DNA of 63,851 bases, the filler included, from an uncultured bacterium (lineage in GTDB: Bacteria; CAYSBA01), in NCBI GenBank assembly GCA_964429075.1. It is 10 parts of 10 records of this genome, joined end to end, with 100 filler letters (N's around TTAATTAATTAA, not from the genome) between each part and the next. Parts side by side here need not be neighbours in the genome. Positions count along the whole stretch, not along the records: positions 26,155 to 32,578 come from CAYSBA010000084.1; positions 32,679 to 39,086 come from CAYSBA010000085.1; 8 more parts are not named here. One strand, written 5' to 3'. Below, in pieces: positions 27,261 through 37,252 of this stretch (position 1 is the stretch's first letter; every line of letters starts with the position of its first letter). The position numbers were made by a program, and so were the translations under genes. Below the pieces are notes generated by a model. It ran no database searches and was not told where the DNA came from. It saw only the letters and a program-made list of their open reading frames with translations.

Positions 27261-28802
27261 TTGAAAAAAGGTTCTCTTTTTAAGAGTAGTGCACTCTTAG
27301 GTGTAACAACACTTATAAGCAGAATTATGGGGTTTGCAAGGGATGTTGCCCTTGCTGCCTATTTCCCGAAAGGTATGACAGATGCATTTCTTGTTGCCTT
27401 TACCATTCCAAATACCCTCCGGAGACTCTTTGCTGAAGGTGCCCTTGTTATCTCCTTTGTACCTGTATTTACAGAGACGATAGAAAAGGAGGGATTGGGC
27501 AGGGCAAAGATACTGTTTTCGAGGGCCTTTACACTTTTATTTATAGTTCTTATTGTTGTTGTTTCTCTGGGTGTAATGTGGCCCCAGATTCCAACTGCAA
27601 TCTTTGGATATGGATTTAAACCTGGTAGCGAAAAGTTCTTGCTAACAACAAGACTCACTCAGATGATGTTTCCCTTTTTGTTTTTTGTCAGCATGGTTGC
27701 ACTCGCTATGGGGGTACTAAATTCAAGGGGTCATTTTTTTGCACCAGCTGCATCAACTATTGTTCTCAATATCTTTATCATAATCGGTATCGTTATGTTT
27801 TCTCACTACTTTCAGATACCGGTTTATGGTGTGGCAGTGGGGGTGATTGCAGGCGGTTTTTTTATGCTCCTTTTGCAGATACCCTTTTTAAAAAAAGAGG
27901 GTTTTTTACCAAAGATACGACTTGATCTAAATGATCCGGCTTTAAAGAGAATAGGGATATTGTTGTTACCACAACTTCTCGGTGTTGCTATCTATCAGAT
28001 CGATATAACATTGTCTCGCCTTTTTGCCTCCTTTTTACAGGAGGGTAGTGTTACATATCTATATTATGCTAATAGATTGACCCAGCTACCACTCGGTGTT
28101 TTTGCCATCTCAATTGCTACCGTTGCATTCCCAGGACTGAGTAAAGAATCGGCGAGGGATGATAGTTCCGGCAAGTTCAACCTGTTGAGATCTGCCCTTA
28201 AACTCAATTTCTGGATCATGTTACCATCCGCTGTTGGACTTTTTGTGCTTGCAGATCCAATTATTGAAGTAATTTTTATGCACGGTCAGTTTACAGAGTC
28301 TATGGCAAAGTATACTGCAGGATGTCTCAGGATCTATTCAGCCGGACTTCTGTTTCTATCTACTACAAGATTACTTGCACAGGATTTTTATGCTGACAAA
28401 GATACAAAGACACCTGTCTGGTGCTCTTTATTTGCACTTTTTGTTTTTATTTGTGCCTCTTTGATAACAATGAAAACGCTATCCTTTTATGGTCTTGCCC
28501 TTTCTGCAGTGATGTCAAGTATATCTAACTTTCTATTATTGTTTGCAATAAAGATAAAAAGAACAGGGAAAGAGATAATTACACTGGATATACTGTTTTA
28601 TTTAAAGCTTTTTTTCAGTGCAACTGTTATGGGTGTTGTGGTATGGTTTATATACGATACTCTATCTTACTTAAACAGCCTTGTCGTTTTAACAATAAGT
28701 ATAGTGGCAGGTATTTTTGTTTATCTAACAGTCTCGCTATTTGCAAAGGTTGAAGAGACAAAGATGGTGCTTTTTGCAATAAAAAAACGATTTACAATAT
28801 GA
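27261..28802 (+). CDS. murJ: Lipid II flippase MurJ (MviN)
   Basis: SRIMGFARD, DAFLVAFTIPN.LRRLFAEG, YYANRL.QLPLG, FYA.KDTKTP. Confidence 0.95.
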   Translation: MKKGSLFKSSALLGVTTLISRIMGFARDVALAAYFPKGMTDAFLVAFTIPNTLRRLFAEGALVISFVPVFTETIEKEGLGRAKILFSRAFTLLFIVLIVVVSLGVMWPQIPTAIFGYGFKPGSEKFLLTTRLTQMMFPFLFFVSMVALAMGVLNSRGHFFAPAASTIVLNIFIIIGIVMFSHYFQIPVYGVAVGVIAGGFFMLLLQIPFLKKEGFLPKIRLDLNDPALKRIGILLLPQLLGVAIYQIDITLSRLFASFLQEGSVTYLYYANRLTQLPLGVFAISIATVAFPGLSKESARDDSSGKFNLLRSALKLNFWIMLPSAVGLFVLADPIIEVIFMHGQFTESMAKYTAGCLRIYSAGLLFLSTTRLLAQDFYADKDTKTPVWCSLFALFVFICASLITMKTLSFYGLALSAVMSSISNFLLLFAIKIKRTGKEIITLDILFYLKLFFSATVMGVVVWFIYDTLSYLNSLVVLTISIVAGIFVYLTVSLFAKVEETKMVLFAIKKRFTI

Positions 28803-29272
28803 AGACAAAAAAAATAAAATTACACTATGGACCTGTCTGTACGAAAGTCATAGTAAAGGATAAAAGAGCGCTAAAGATCAACCTGCTTGAAAGATGTGAT
28901 GGCAATTGTATACCCTGGAATAGTTACCTTTCTATTTTTGAAGAGAGTGAAAATATTTTGTCTTCAATGTTCAGCGAATCTAAATATATTGAGGTGTTAA
29001 AGATCTTAAGATCGATACCAAGAGGGAGAGTCACTACCTATGGGGCAATATCAAAAAAAGTCTTTGGTTCAAAAAGATACTCAAGGGTTGTTGGTGTGAT
29101 ACTATCTAAAAATCCATTTCCAATATTGTATCCCTGCCACAGGGTGGTAAGATCTGATGGATGCCCTGGTGGTTTTAGTTCTGGTAAGGATAAGAAGCTG
29201 GCCCTGCTTAAATTTGAAGGTGTTAAATTTAGCGATAATAATGTTAAAATGATATCAATTGTTGAGGTATAG
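28799..29272 (+). CDS. Methylated-DNA--protein-cysteine methyltransferase (MGMT family)
   Basis: IPRGRVTTYG, R.VG..L..NP, active site PCHRVV. Confidence 0.88.
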   Translation: MKTKKIKLHYGPVCTKVIVKDKRALKINLLERCDGNCIPWNSYLSIFEESENILSSMFSESKYIEVLKILRSIPRGRVTTYGAISKKVFGSKRYSRVVGVILSKNPFPILYPCHRVVRSDGCPGGFSSGKDKKLALLKFEGVKFSDNNVKMISIVEV

Positions 29273-29357
29273 TTGTAGTATTTTATGTCAATTCTGTTAT
29301 ATTTTTACACAGTACGTCATTATGTGTTATTTTGTGCCAAAATAAGGAGGATGGGAT

Positions 29358-30605
29358 ATGCTCAGACTGCAGAGGGTTTTTACAATCTTGATATTGATCG
29401 GATCTTTGGTCTTTACATCAAAATTGTATGCTCAGAAAGACAGCTGTATTGAATGTCATAGGAACACCACACCCAAGGTGGTAGATGAATATCAAATAAG
29501 CATCCACAGTCAGGGGGATATAGGCTGTTCAGATTGTCACGGTGGCAATAAAAAGGCAGCTTCTAAAGAGGGTGCACACGACAGAAGTTTCAGGGGTGTA
29601 CCTGATAGAAAGGAAATCCCTAAATTCTGCGGAGATTGTCATAGCAATGTGGAGAGAATGAAATTCTATAGGCTTGATACAAATATTATAAAAGAATACT
29701 ACACCAGCATGCATGGAATAAAATTAAAAGAAGGTGACAGAAATGTTGCAGTATGTACAGATTGTCATGGAACCCACAGCATCCTCTCAAAACACAACAA
29801 AAAATCTCCAAGTAACAGATATAATATAGTAAATACATGTGCAAAGTGTCATGACAACAAAAATCTGATGAAGAAGTACAACATACCAGGGAATGAGGTA
29901 AAGGAGTATAAGGAGGGTATTCATGGCAGTATCCTAATTGGTAAAAAGAAGGGTGATCCCAACCTTGTCCCAACATGTGTGGATTGTCATGGACTTCATG
30001 GTGCAAAGCCACCTGAGGTTACAAGTATACCTGCTGTATGTGGTACCTGCCATAACAGAGAATACAGCTATTTTAAACTCTCTGCCCATTATGAAGCAAT
30101 GAGACTATCAGGTAGTCCGCAATGCGTCACCTGTCATGGCAATCACAACAACAGGATTCCAGAGGGTGGATTATTCAAAAAGAGTGATGGTGGTGCAGCA
30201 TGCACAAAGTGTCATGAAGAGGGTCAACGAGCATATCAGATTGCCCGTAGTTTAGAAAAGGCACTCGACCGAGGTCTGAAGTCCTTTGCCAAAGTAAAGA
30301 CCTTGTATGAAAAAGAGAAAAAAAATACAATTGTTGAAACACAATACAGGGTTACCCAGCAGAGGATCTCCAAACTGAGAGCTGTTGTTCATTCTCTTGA
30401 TGTAAAAATGGCAATGGCCCTGGCAAACAAGATTGAATCAGATACTAAGACAGCCATAAGATTTATAGAAAAGGAAAGGGAAAAAGAAGATAATACGATA
30501 TTTATTGTGGGTCTTATTGTTGCCTTAATAGCTACATTTATTTTTAGCTTTTTTATTGCCACTAGGATAACAAAGAGCAGGATGAAAAAGACAAAGACCG
30601 ATTAA
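29358..30605 (+). CDS. Membrane-anchored multiheme cytochrome c (9 CxxCH)
   Basis: Signal peptide, nine CxxCH motifs, helical region and C-terminal TM; AGGAGG RBS. Confidence 0.92.
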   Translation: MLRLQRVFTILILIGSLVFTSKLYAQKDSCIECHRNTTPKVVDEYQISIHSQGDIGCSDCHGGNKKAASKEGAHDRSFRGVPDRKEIPKFCGDCHSNVERMKFYRLDTNIIKEYYTSMHGIKLKEGDRNVAVCTDCHGTHSILSKHNKKSPSNRYNIVNTCAKCHDNKNLMKKYNIPGNEVKEYKEGIHGSILIGKKKGDPNLVPTCVDCHGLHGAKPPEVTSIPAVCGTCHNREYSYFKLSAHYEAMRLSGSPQCVTCHGNHNNRIPEGGLFKKSDGGAACTKCHEEGQRAYQIARSLEKALDRGLKSFAKVKTLYEKEKKNTIVETQYRVTQQRISKLRAVVHSLDVKMAMALANKIESDTKTAIRFIEKEREKEDNTIFIVGLIVALIATFIFSFFIATRITKSRMKKTKTD

Positions 30606-32014
30606 CCCTTTATAACACATAGGGGTTTTATTTTTACAACTGGCACACCAAGTCCTGCGTTTTTTATTACTCCCACCACCTCGTCTAACTCTTTGTAGGC
30701 CTCAGGCATCTCTTCTATCAGAGATCTCCTGGATGCACCATAGACCATTATACCCTGTCTTTCGAGCTCTTTTGCCAGATCACGACCTCTTTTTGTTTTG
30801 AGTGCAGCCCTTCTACTCATCACTCTACCTGCCCCATGACATACACTTGCAAAGGCACTCTCAGATGCCCCTTTTGCTGGCACAAGTAGATATGTACCGC
30901 TCTGCATGTCACCAGGAACAATTACAGGCTGACCTGTATCTTTAAAAATAGATGGCAGTTCTTTACTCATGCCTGCTGGGAATGCCCTTGTTGCACCTTT
31001 TCTATGCACACATACCCTTATCTCATCACCGTCTATATTGTGTGTCTCAAATTTTGCTATATTATGTGCTACATCATATAGGGTTGAAAGACCACTAAAT
31101 TGTTGACCAAAAATCTCATTAAATGTTTCTTTTATTAGGAAGCTTATGATCTGTCTATTATTATAGGCAAAATTTGCAGCAGCAACCATAGAGCTGTAGT
31201 AAGCCCTGCCTTCAGGCGAACTAATAGGTGCACATGCAAGTTGTTTGTCTGATAATTTTATTCCATATTTTGAATAAACAGCTAACATATTTCTTGTATG
31301 ATCAGAACAAATCTGATGACCAAAACCTCGTGAACCTGTATGAATAACCACTGTTGTCATCCCGGTCTTCAGATTAAATCTTCTTGCAATTTCTTGATCA
31401 AAGACCTCAGAAACAACACCTATTTCAATGAAATGATTACCAGATCCCAGTGTTCCGAGTTGATGTTTACCCCTCTCAATAGCCTTGTCTGATACAGCAT
31501 CCAGTGAACCACCCTTCATCCAACCTCCATCTTCAATATGCTCTGTCTCACTTTTATCACAAAAACCCTTCTCAATAGAAAAGGCAATTCCCTCTTCAGC
31601 TATCTTTTTAAAGTCCTTTTTTGAAAGCCTGAATCCCTTTGATTCAGAACCAACTCCAACAGGAACCCTTTTTAATATCCTTTTTAAAAGAACATCGATG
31701 CGTTTTTTTGTAGTCTCGGCTGGCAGGTCTGATACAAGCAGTCTTACCCCACAATTTATGTCGTAGCCTACACCTCCGGGAGAGATAATTCCATCGGGTA
31801 GTGAAAAGGCAGCCACACCACCTATTGGAAATCCATAGCCCTGATGCCCATCAGGCATAAGATATACCTTTCCTACAACACCAGGTAGAGAGGCTACATT
31901 TTTAAGCTGTTTGATAGTACCATCTTTCAACATACGTTCAAACATGGAATCGGTGGCATATACCACCCCTTCTGTTCTCATGTTTGAATCTTTCTGAATT
32001 ATTATTGGCTTCAT
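30602..32014 (-). CDS. rtcB: RNA-splicing ligase RtcB (archaeal-type)
   Basis: MPDGHQGYGFPIG, GYDINCG, GSGNHF, HTGSRG, HRKGAT, HGAGR, EEMPEAYK. Confidence 0.96.
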   Translation of the reverse strand: MKPIIIQKDSNMRTEGVVYATDSMFERMLKDGTIKQLKNVASLPGVVGKVYLMPDGHQGYGFPIGGVAAFSLPDGIISPGGVGYDINCGVRLLVSDLPAETTKKRIDVLLKRILKRVPVGVGSESKGFRLSKKDFKKIAEEGIAFSIEKGFCDKSETEHIEDGGWMKGGSLDAVSDKAIERGKHQLGTLGSGNHFIEIGVVSEVFDQEIARRFNLKTGMTTVVIHTGSRGFGHQICSDHTRNMLAVYSKYGIKLSDKQLACAPISSPEGRAYYSSMVAAANFAYNNRQIISFLIKETFNEIFGQQFSGLSTLYDVAHNIAKFETHNIDGDEIRVCVHRKGATRAFPAGMSKELPSIFKDTGQPVIVPGDMQSGTYLLVPAKGASESAFASVCHGAGRVMSRRAALKTKRGRDLAKELERQGIMVYGASRRSLIEEMPEAYKELDEVVGVIKNAGLGVPVVKIKPLCVIKG

Positions 32015-32442
32015 GTATCGAAGACTACATTGGCTTTATATCGGTCGTCTTCTTTGATTATGTAGAAATTATGATGTGTTATAGCCTTTATAGGGTTTAT
32101 GTATTCACGTTGAGGAACTTTGGTAAATGTGGCAACTGCATGGAGTAGATTTCCTGTACTGGAAATATTTATCTCTACCTCTGTAGGAATGGCCTTTCTT
32201 GCATCAGCATAATAGATACACTCCTCAAGCCACCGATGGAACAACTCTTCTGAATCTGGCGCAAAGAGATTAATAGCGACCTTTACCTTTCTTTTTAGAA
32301 GCCTTGCTTCAGAATGTTCAAGAATAGTATCACCAATCCATATAAAGGCACCTCTGAAGAGATCTTCAAGGGTCTCTGCCTCAAAATTGACCTCCAGATC
32401 AGCTGTACGATCAATAATACTTGATTTTATCTTTGTAGCCAT
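32011..32442 (-). CDS. Archease
   Basis: D.TADL, LF..WL.E..Y, IKAITHH, VVFDT; ATGA overlap with rtcB. Confidence 0.88.
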   Translation of the reverse strand: MATKIKSSIIDRTADLEVNFEAETLEDLFRGAFIWIGDTILEHSEARLLKRKVKVAINLFAPDSEELFHRWLEECIYYADARKAIPTEVEINISSTGNLLHAVATFTKVPQREYINPIKAITHHNFYIIKEDDRYKANVVFDT

Positions 32443-32578
32443 ACCATATCAATATAATCATTTTCTGGTTAAAAACAAGTAAATTGTATGTGACTTTCGT
32501 AAAAATTTTAAAAGGGCAACAAGGAAAGACAAAAAAATGATCTGAAGTAGAAAAAAAGAGTCAAAGACTGTGCTGCAA

Positions 32579-32678
32579 NNNNNNNNNNNNNNNNNNNNNN
32601 NNNNNNNNNNNNNNNNNNNNNNTTAATTAATTAANNNNNNNNNNNNNNNNNNNNNNNNNNNNNNNNNNNNNNNNNNNN
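32579..32678. other. Artificial contig spacer
   Basis: N44-TTAATTAATTAA-N44. Confidence 0.98.
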
Positions 32679-32680
32679 CA

Positions 32681-35362
32681 CATAAGTTAAAAATCCTATT
32701 AGCATTTTTCTCTTTTATTGCCCTTATCTCCTGTGGTAAAAAAAATGACAACAAGGCCCAAAAAAATGAAAAGCCTTTTATGGGACTTTCAAAGATCGAC
32801 AAAGAATATAGTGTTGATGGGATAGATGAAGATGTTCATGTAATCGTTGATAAATATGGTATTCCACATATATACGCAAAGACCTTCAGGGATGCTGCAT
32901 TTGTGCAGGGATTTCTACAGGCACAAGACCGATTTTTTGAGATGGATGCCTTCAGGAGGTATTCTACAGGGAAATTATCTGAACTCTTTGGTCAATCCAT
33001 GGTAACCACAGACCTTTACACAAGGGCACTGATGTTTGAGGATGTTGCAAAAAAAATCTACGACTCTCTATCAAATGACCAAAAAGAAATAGTTGATGCC
33101 TTTACGGATGGTGTCAATGCCTACCTCTCACAGCTCGATGACTCTTCAAAACCGCTTGAATATATGCTGCTCGGTGTCAAAGCCGAAGATATAGATCAAT
33201 GGAGCCCGTTAGATACCCTCTCTTTTGCACGTTTTATGTCATACTCTTTATCTTCTGACCTCGATCTTGAGACTGACATTGCAATTGCAGTACAGAAGGT
33301 AGATATCATGTTCGGGCAGGATTCAGTTATCCAGAGGCCTGATTTTGCAAAGGTCCTCTTTCGCTATGAACCTGTATTTAAGGTTGCGATAGCACCAGAA
33401 CTTTCTCCTGACGGTATGGGGATGCCACCTTTCAATGGTAATTTTGGTAATGATCTTGTAAGGCATGGGCTCCTATCGATTGAAAGGACTCTATCAACAA
33501 TAAAGTCATTAAAATCACCTATTTCAGGACCCAAGAGTGGTAGTAACAACTGGGTAATCTCTGGAGAATTTACAACCTCCGGATACCCGATCCTTGCTAA
33601 CGATCCTCATCTTTCACTTGTCCAGCCCCCAATCTGGTATATGGTGCATATAAACACAAAATATATGGGTGGTGATATAAATGTAGAAGGTACTGTGTTT
33701 CCACCTGCCCCTGGGGTTGTCCTTGGTCACAATGAAAAGGTGGCTTGGGGTGAGACCGTCTTTGGTCCGGATGTATCTGATGTATTTATGGAGGCAATAG
33801 TATGTGAAAATGGTGTTCCAAAGAGTTATCTAACCGGTGATTCTTCCAGAGCCCTTGAAAAACGCGATGTAACAATTGTTGCCTACGAACCAATGAGTAG
33901 AGAAAGGAGTGAGCACAACTATAGTCTATTTTTTACCGACTATGGCGTACTCTTACCAGATTCTATAGACTGCGATGCCGGACTGGCAATGGGTTTTAGG
34001 TGGACTGGTTTTGAAGAGTCGAATGAGCTTGGAGTCTTTCTTGGATACGATACAGCCAAGAGTGTAGATGATCTACTTGAGGCTGTGAAGGGATTCGAGG
34101 TAGGAGCACAAAATTTTGTTTTTGCAGATGTAGAAAACAATATTGCCTACTCTGACCATTCATATGTACCTGTTAGAGAAGACAGCTGTTTTGTTGGCAA
34201 CGGCAGAACACCCGATAGTATTGTCCCAACAATGGTGATACCCGGTAGCGATATGTGTGAATGGGTGGACAGGGTCCCGGACGACTCTATCCCGATGCTA
34301 AAAAACCCTGATAGAGGTTATATCGCCACAGCCAATAACGATGCAATAGGTGTTACCTTTGACGATGACCCATTTAACGATCACAATCCAGATCAGGGAT
34401 CATACTATTTAGGTGCCTTTTTTGCCAATGGCTCAAGGGCTGCAAGGATAACCGAGTTGATTCAACAATACGTACAACAGGGTAATATAACCATAGATGA
34501 TGTAACAAAAATACAGACCGATACATATTCCAAGTATGCAGAGCTATTTCTACCCTATTTGATCGACGCAATTGAGAATCCAGATGGGAATCAGATAACA
34601 GATAAGATGAATGAGGCCTACAGTTATCTAAAAGACTGGGATCTTACAACTCCTTCAGGTACAGACGAAAATGCATCCCAGCAAGAGATAAAAAATTCAG
34701 TTGCAGCAATGATATTTGAGGCATGGATGCATGCTCTGAGAGAAAATCTGCTGGCAGATGAGTTTAAATATTTAGATATAAATCCATCAGATCATCTTGA
34801 AATAAGGGTAATGGCCTATGTCATGCAAAATGAAAATACATCTACCGATTCAGTCTTCAACTGGATCGATCCTGATACCCTGAATGACACCCAGATGACC
34901 AGAAAGGAGGTTATACTGAATTCATTGTCAGCCGCCTTAAACAACCTTGAGCAGGCCTTTAATACATCCGATATGTCAAAATGGCGCTGGGGTATGTTAC
35001 ACAGAGTAACCCTTGAACATCCGATGGGTGGATCTGTAAGTGAGCTAAACAACGGTGGTCCTGATGGTACAGGATTTTCGGCACCCGGTTCAAATGGTAC
35101 GATAAGTGTTGCAGCCTGTGGGGTAAGTGGTTCATATACATTTTCTGCAGGTCCTTCTGTAAGATTTGTAACAGAGCTTGTACCTGATGATATAAGGACA
35201 AAGATATCATTGCCAGGTGGTCAAAGTGGCAACAAAACAAGCCCACACTATGAGGACATGATGAAGCTCTGGGTGAAGGGTGAATACATAGATATGCCAT
35301 TCTATGATAAGGATGTGGTCGACAATTTAGAAAGCCATATTGTCTTTAAAAAAACCAAATAA
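32681..35362 (+). CDS. Penicillin acylase family (S45) Ntn-hydrolase, lipoprotein, start codon missing
   Basis: Frame open to the contig start with leader HKLKILLAFFSFIALISC; DKYGIPHIYA, QDRFF.MD, catalytic GSNNW, ANDPHL, WRWG..H, PGGQSG. Confidence 0.93.
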   Translation, partial: HKLKILLAFFSFIALISCGKKNDNKAQKNEKPFMGLSKIDKEYSVDGIDEDVHVIVDKYGIPHIYAKTFRDAAFVQGFLQAQDRFFEMDAFRRYSTGKLSELFGQSMVTTDLYTRALMFEDVAKKIYDSLSNDQKEIVDAFTDGVNAYLSQLDDSSKPLEYMLLGVKAEDIDQWSPLDTLSFARFMSYSLSSDLDLETDIAIAVQKVDIMFGQDSVIQRPDFAKVLFRYEPVFKVAIAPELSPDGMGMPPFNGNFGNDLVRHGLLSIERTLSTIKSLKSPISGPKSGSNNWVISGEFTTSGYPILANDPHLSLVQPPIWYMVHINTKYMGGDINVEGTVFPPAPGVVLGHNEKVAWGETVFGPDVSDVFMEAIVCENGVPKSYLTGDSSRALEKRDVTIVAYEPMSRERSEHNYSLFFTDYGVLLPDSIDCDAGLAMGFRWTGFEESNELGVFLGYDTAKSVDDLLEAVKGFEVGAQNFVFADVENNIAYSDHSYVPVREDSCFVGNGRTPDSIVPTMVIPGSDMCEWVDRVPDDSIPMLKNPDRGYIATANNDAIGVTFDDDPFNDHNPDQGSYYLGAFFANGSRAARITELIQQYVQQGNITIDDVTKIQTDTYSKYAELFLPYLIDAIENPDGNQITDKMNEAYSYLKDWDLTTPSGTDENASQQEIKNSVAAMIFEAWMHALRENLLADEFKYLDINPSDHLEIRVMAYVMQNENTSTDSVFNWIDPDTLNDTQMTRKEVILNSLSAALNNLEQAFNTSDMSKWRWGMLHRVTLEHPMGGSVSELNNGGPDGTGFSAPGSNGTISVAACGVSGSYTFSAGPSVRFVTELVPDDIRTKISLPGGQSGNKTSPHYEDMMKLWVKGEYIDMPFYDKDVVDNLESHIVFKKTK

Positions 35363-35377
35363 AACAGGAGGTATGCC

Positions 35378-36181
35378 ATGAAGCATTCAAAGAAATTCAC
35401 TGTCCTTTATCTGTTTATCCTTTTGCTTGCATTTGCTTGCGGAGGTTCAAGTAGTGATGAGAACAACAAAAAAGGTGACAACAACGATAACAACAACAGT
35501 AGTACAATAGACCTTGCCACATGTGATCTTCCAGATTCTGCCACCATGGATGCCCCATCTGGTGATACGGTTACCGTAAAGGGTGTGGTTGTTGACTCGT
35601 TGAGCGTGGATAAAAAATTGGCTGACATCTATGTACATGTGGTGGATAATGATACTGGGACCCCCTTTAAAGGTCTCTGCACAAGGACAGCACAGGATGG
35701 TAGTTTTGAATTGACCGGTGTACCAAAGGGCGTATATATAGGCTTTGTCACTGCAGGTGCAAATAGAAAAGATACCTACACATTCAATAGATTGATGGAC
35801 TCTGATAGAGATGATGATGTGATAAGAAGTGTCTCTGAAGACACATATATGTTAATACCCGGGCTTCTTGGTGTTACACAGTCTGATGATAAGGGTATAG
35901 TTGCAGGTGGTGTCTATGATGCTACAACAGGAGATGGCGTCGCAGATGCTGTTGTTGAAACAGACAAGGGCGACAAAGCCTACTACTTTGGTGATGCAGG
36001 AACACCTGTGAAAAACAGAGATGCAACAAATACTGACGGTAGTTTTGTGTTTCTAAATGTTGATCCTGGCAAGATAACAATAACTGCAAAGGATAGCTCT
36101 GGCAATGTACTCGGTCAGACAGAGGTACTTGTTATCAAAGGGGCTATCTCACTTACATCGGTTATTTATATACCCCAATAG
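35378..36181 (+). CDS. Lipoprotein with carboxypeptidase-regulatory-like (transthyretin-like) domains
   Basis: Lipobox AFAC, Asn/Ser linker, two T..DG.F.L/F..V..G units; AGGAGG RBS. Confidence 0.75.
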   Translation: MKHSKKFTVLYLFILLLAFACGGSSSDENNKKGDNNDNNNSSTIDLATCDLPDSATMDAPSGDTVTVKGVVVDSLSVDKKLADIYVHVVDNDTGTPFKGLCTRTAQDGSFELTGVPKGVYIGFVTAGANRKDTYTFNRLMDSDRDDDVIRSVSEDTYMLIPGLLGVTQSDDKGIVAGGVYDATTGDGVADAVVETDKGDKAYYFGDAGTPVKNRDATNTDGSFVFLNVDPGKITITAKDSSGNVLGQTEVLVIKGAISLTSVIYIPQ

Positions 36182-36189
36182 GATAAAGA

Positions 36190-37191
36190 TTGCAGACCAG
36201 TCTCGACAGTGTTCCATCTCATATATCAATTATAGAGCAGGCATATACAGACATTAAGACTACCTTATCAGAAACTATTTTAGGTCAGGATAGGGTCATT
36301 GAGCTGCTCTGTGTATCTGTTTTTTCAGGTTCACACTCCATTCTGGAGGGGATACCAGGCCTTGCAAAGACGCTTATGATCAAACAGTTAAGCTCTCTTC
36401 TTGGTCTCGATTTTAAACGCATTCAGTTTACACCTGACCTCATGCCCTCAGATGTAACAGGGTCAGAAATCCTCCAGATAGATCCTGAAGATGGTAAGCG
36501 TTACTTTAAATTTATAAAAGGTCCAATATTTGCAAATATAGTACTTGCTGACGAGATTAACAGGACACCTCCAAAGACACAGGCAGCACTGCTGCAGGCA
36601 ATGCAGGAGTACCAGGTTACAATTGGTGGCAAGACATACCAGCTGGAGCCACCATTCATTGTTCTTGCTACACAGAATCCCATTGAACAGGAAGGTACCT
36701 ATCCACTACCTGAGGCACAACTTGACAGGTTTATGTTCTGCATAAAGATAGATTATCCAGATAGAGAGACAGAAAAACAGATTGTTGTAGACCCTGTTAG
36801 ATTCGAAAAGACACCTGGACACACGGTACTTAACCGCCATGAATTGCTTCATATCAAAGAAAGTATCCACAGGATACCTGTATCCGACAGCTTTGTGGAA
36901 AAGGTGATCGATCTGATAAGGGCATCAAGACCGGAGTCTGAAAATGCACATGATATTGCAAAAAGATATCTAAAGCTCGGTGCAAGTCCAAGGGCAGGTC
37001 AGTTTCTCATAACAGCTGCAAGAACCATATCTGCTCTGCGAGGGAAGATATCACCGGATCTTAAAGACTTAGAAGATGTTTCAATCCCTGTATTACGTCA
37101 CAGACTTATACCAAATTATAATGCCTATACAGATGGCTACACAACAGATCAGATTATATCAGAAATTGTTAGCACTGTATTGAAGATATAA
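36190..37191 (+). CDS. MoxR family AAA+ ATPase
   Basis: LEG.PGLAKT, RIQFTPDLMPSD, LADEINRTPPKTQ, ATQNPIEQEGTYPLPEAQLDRF. Confidence 0.95.
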   Translation: MQTSLDSVPSHISIIEQAYTDIKTTLSETILGQDRVIELLCVSVFSGSHSILEGIPGLAKTLMIKQLSSLLGLDFKRIQFTPDLMPSDVTGSEILQIDPEDGKRYFKFIKGPIFANIVLADEINRTPPKTQAALLQAMQEYQVTIGGKTYQLEPPFIVLATQNPIEQEGTYPLPEAQLDRFMFCIKIDYPDRETEKQIVVDPVRFEKTPGHTVLNRHELLHIKESIHRIPVSDSFVEKVIDLIRASRPESENAHDIAKRYLKLGASPRAGQFLITAARTISALRGKISPDLKDLEDVSIPVLRHRLIPNYNAYTDGYTTDQIISEIVSTVLKI

Positions 37192-37252
37192 GAATGTTAC
37201 AAAGACTCTTTTTGTTGACAAAAACCTACTGTTTCTATATTGGCTATAACTA

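Noticed and set aside
29326..29340. TTGGCAC on the minus strand as a possible sigma54 promoter
   Set aside because: No TTGC at the -12 position, and it points away from the cytochrome gene.
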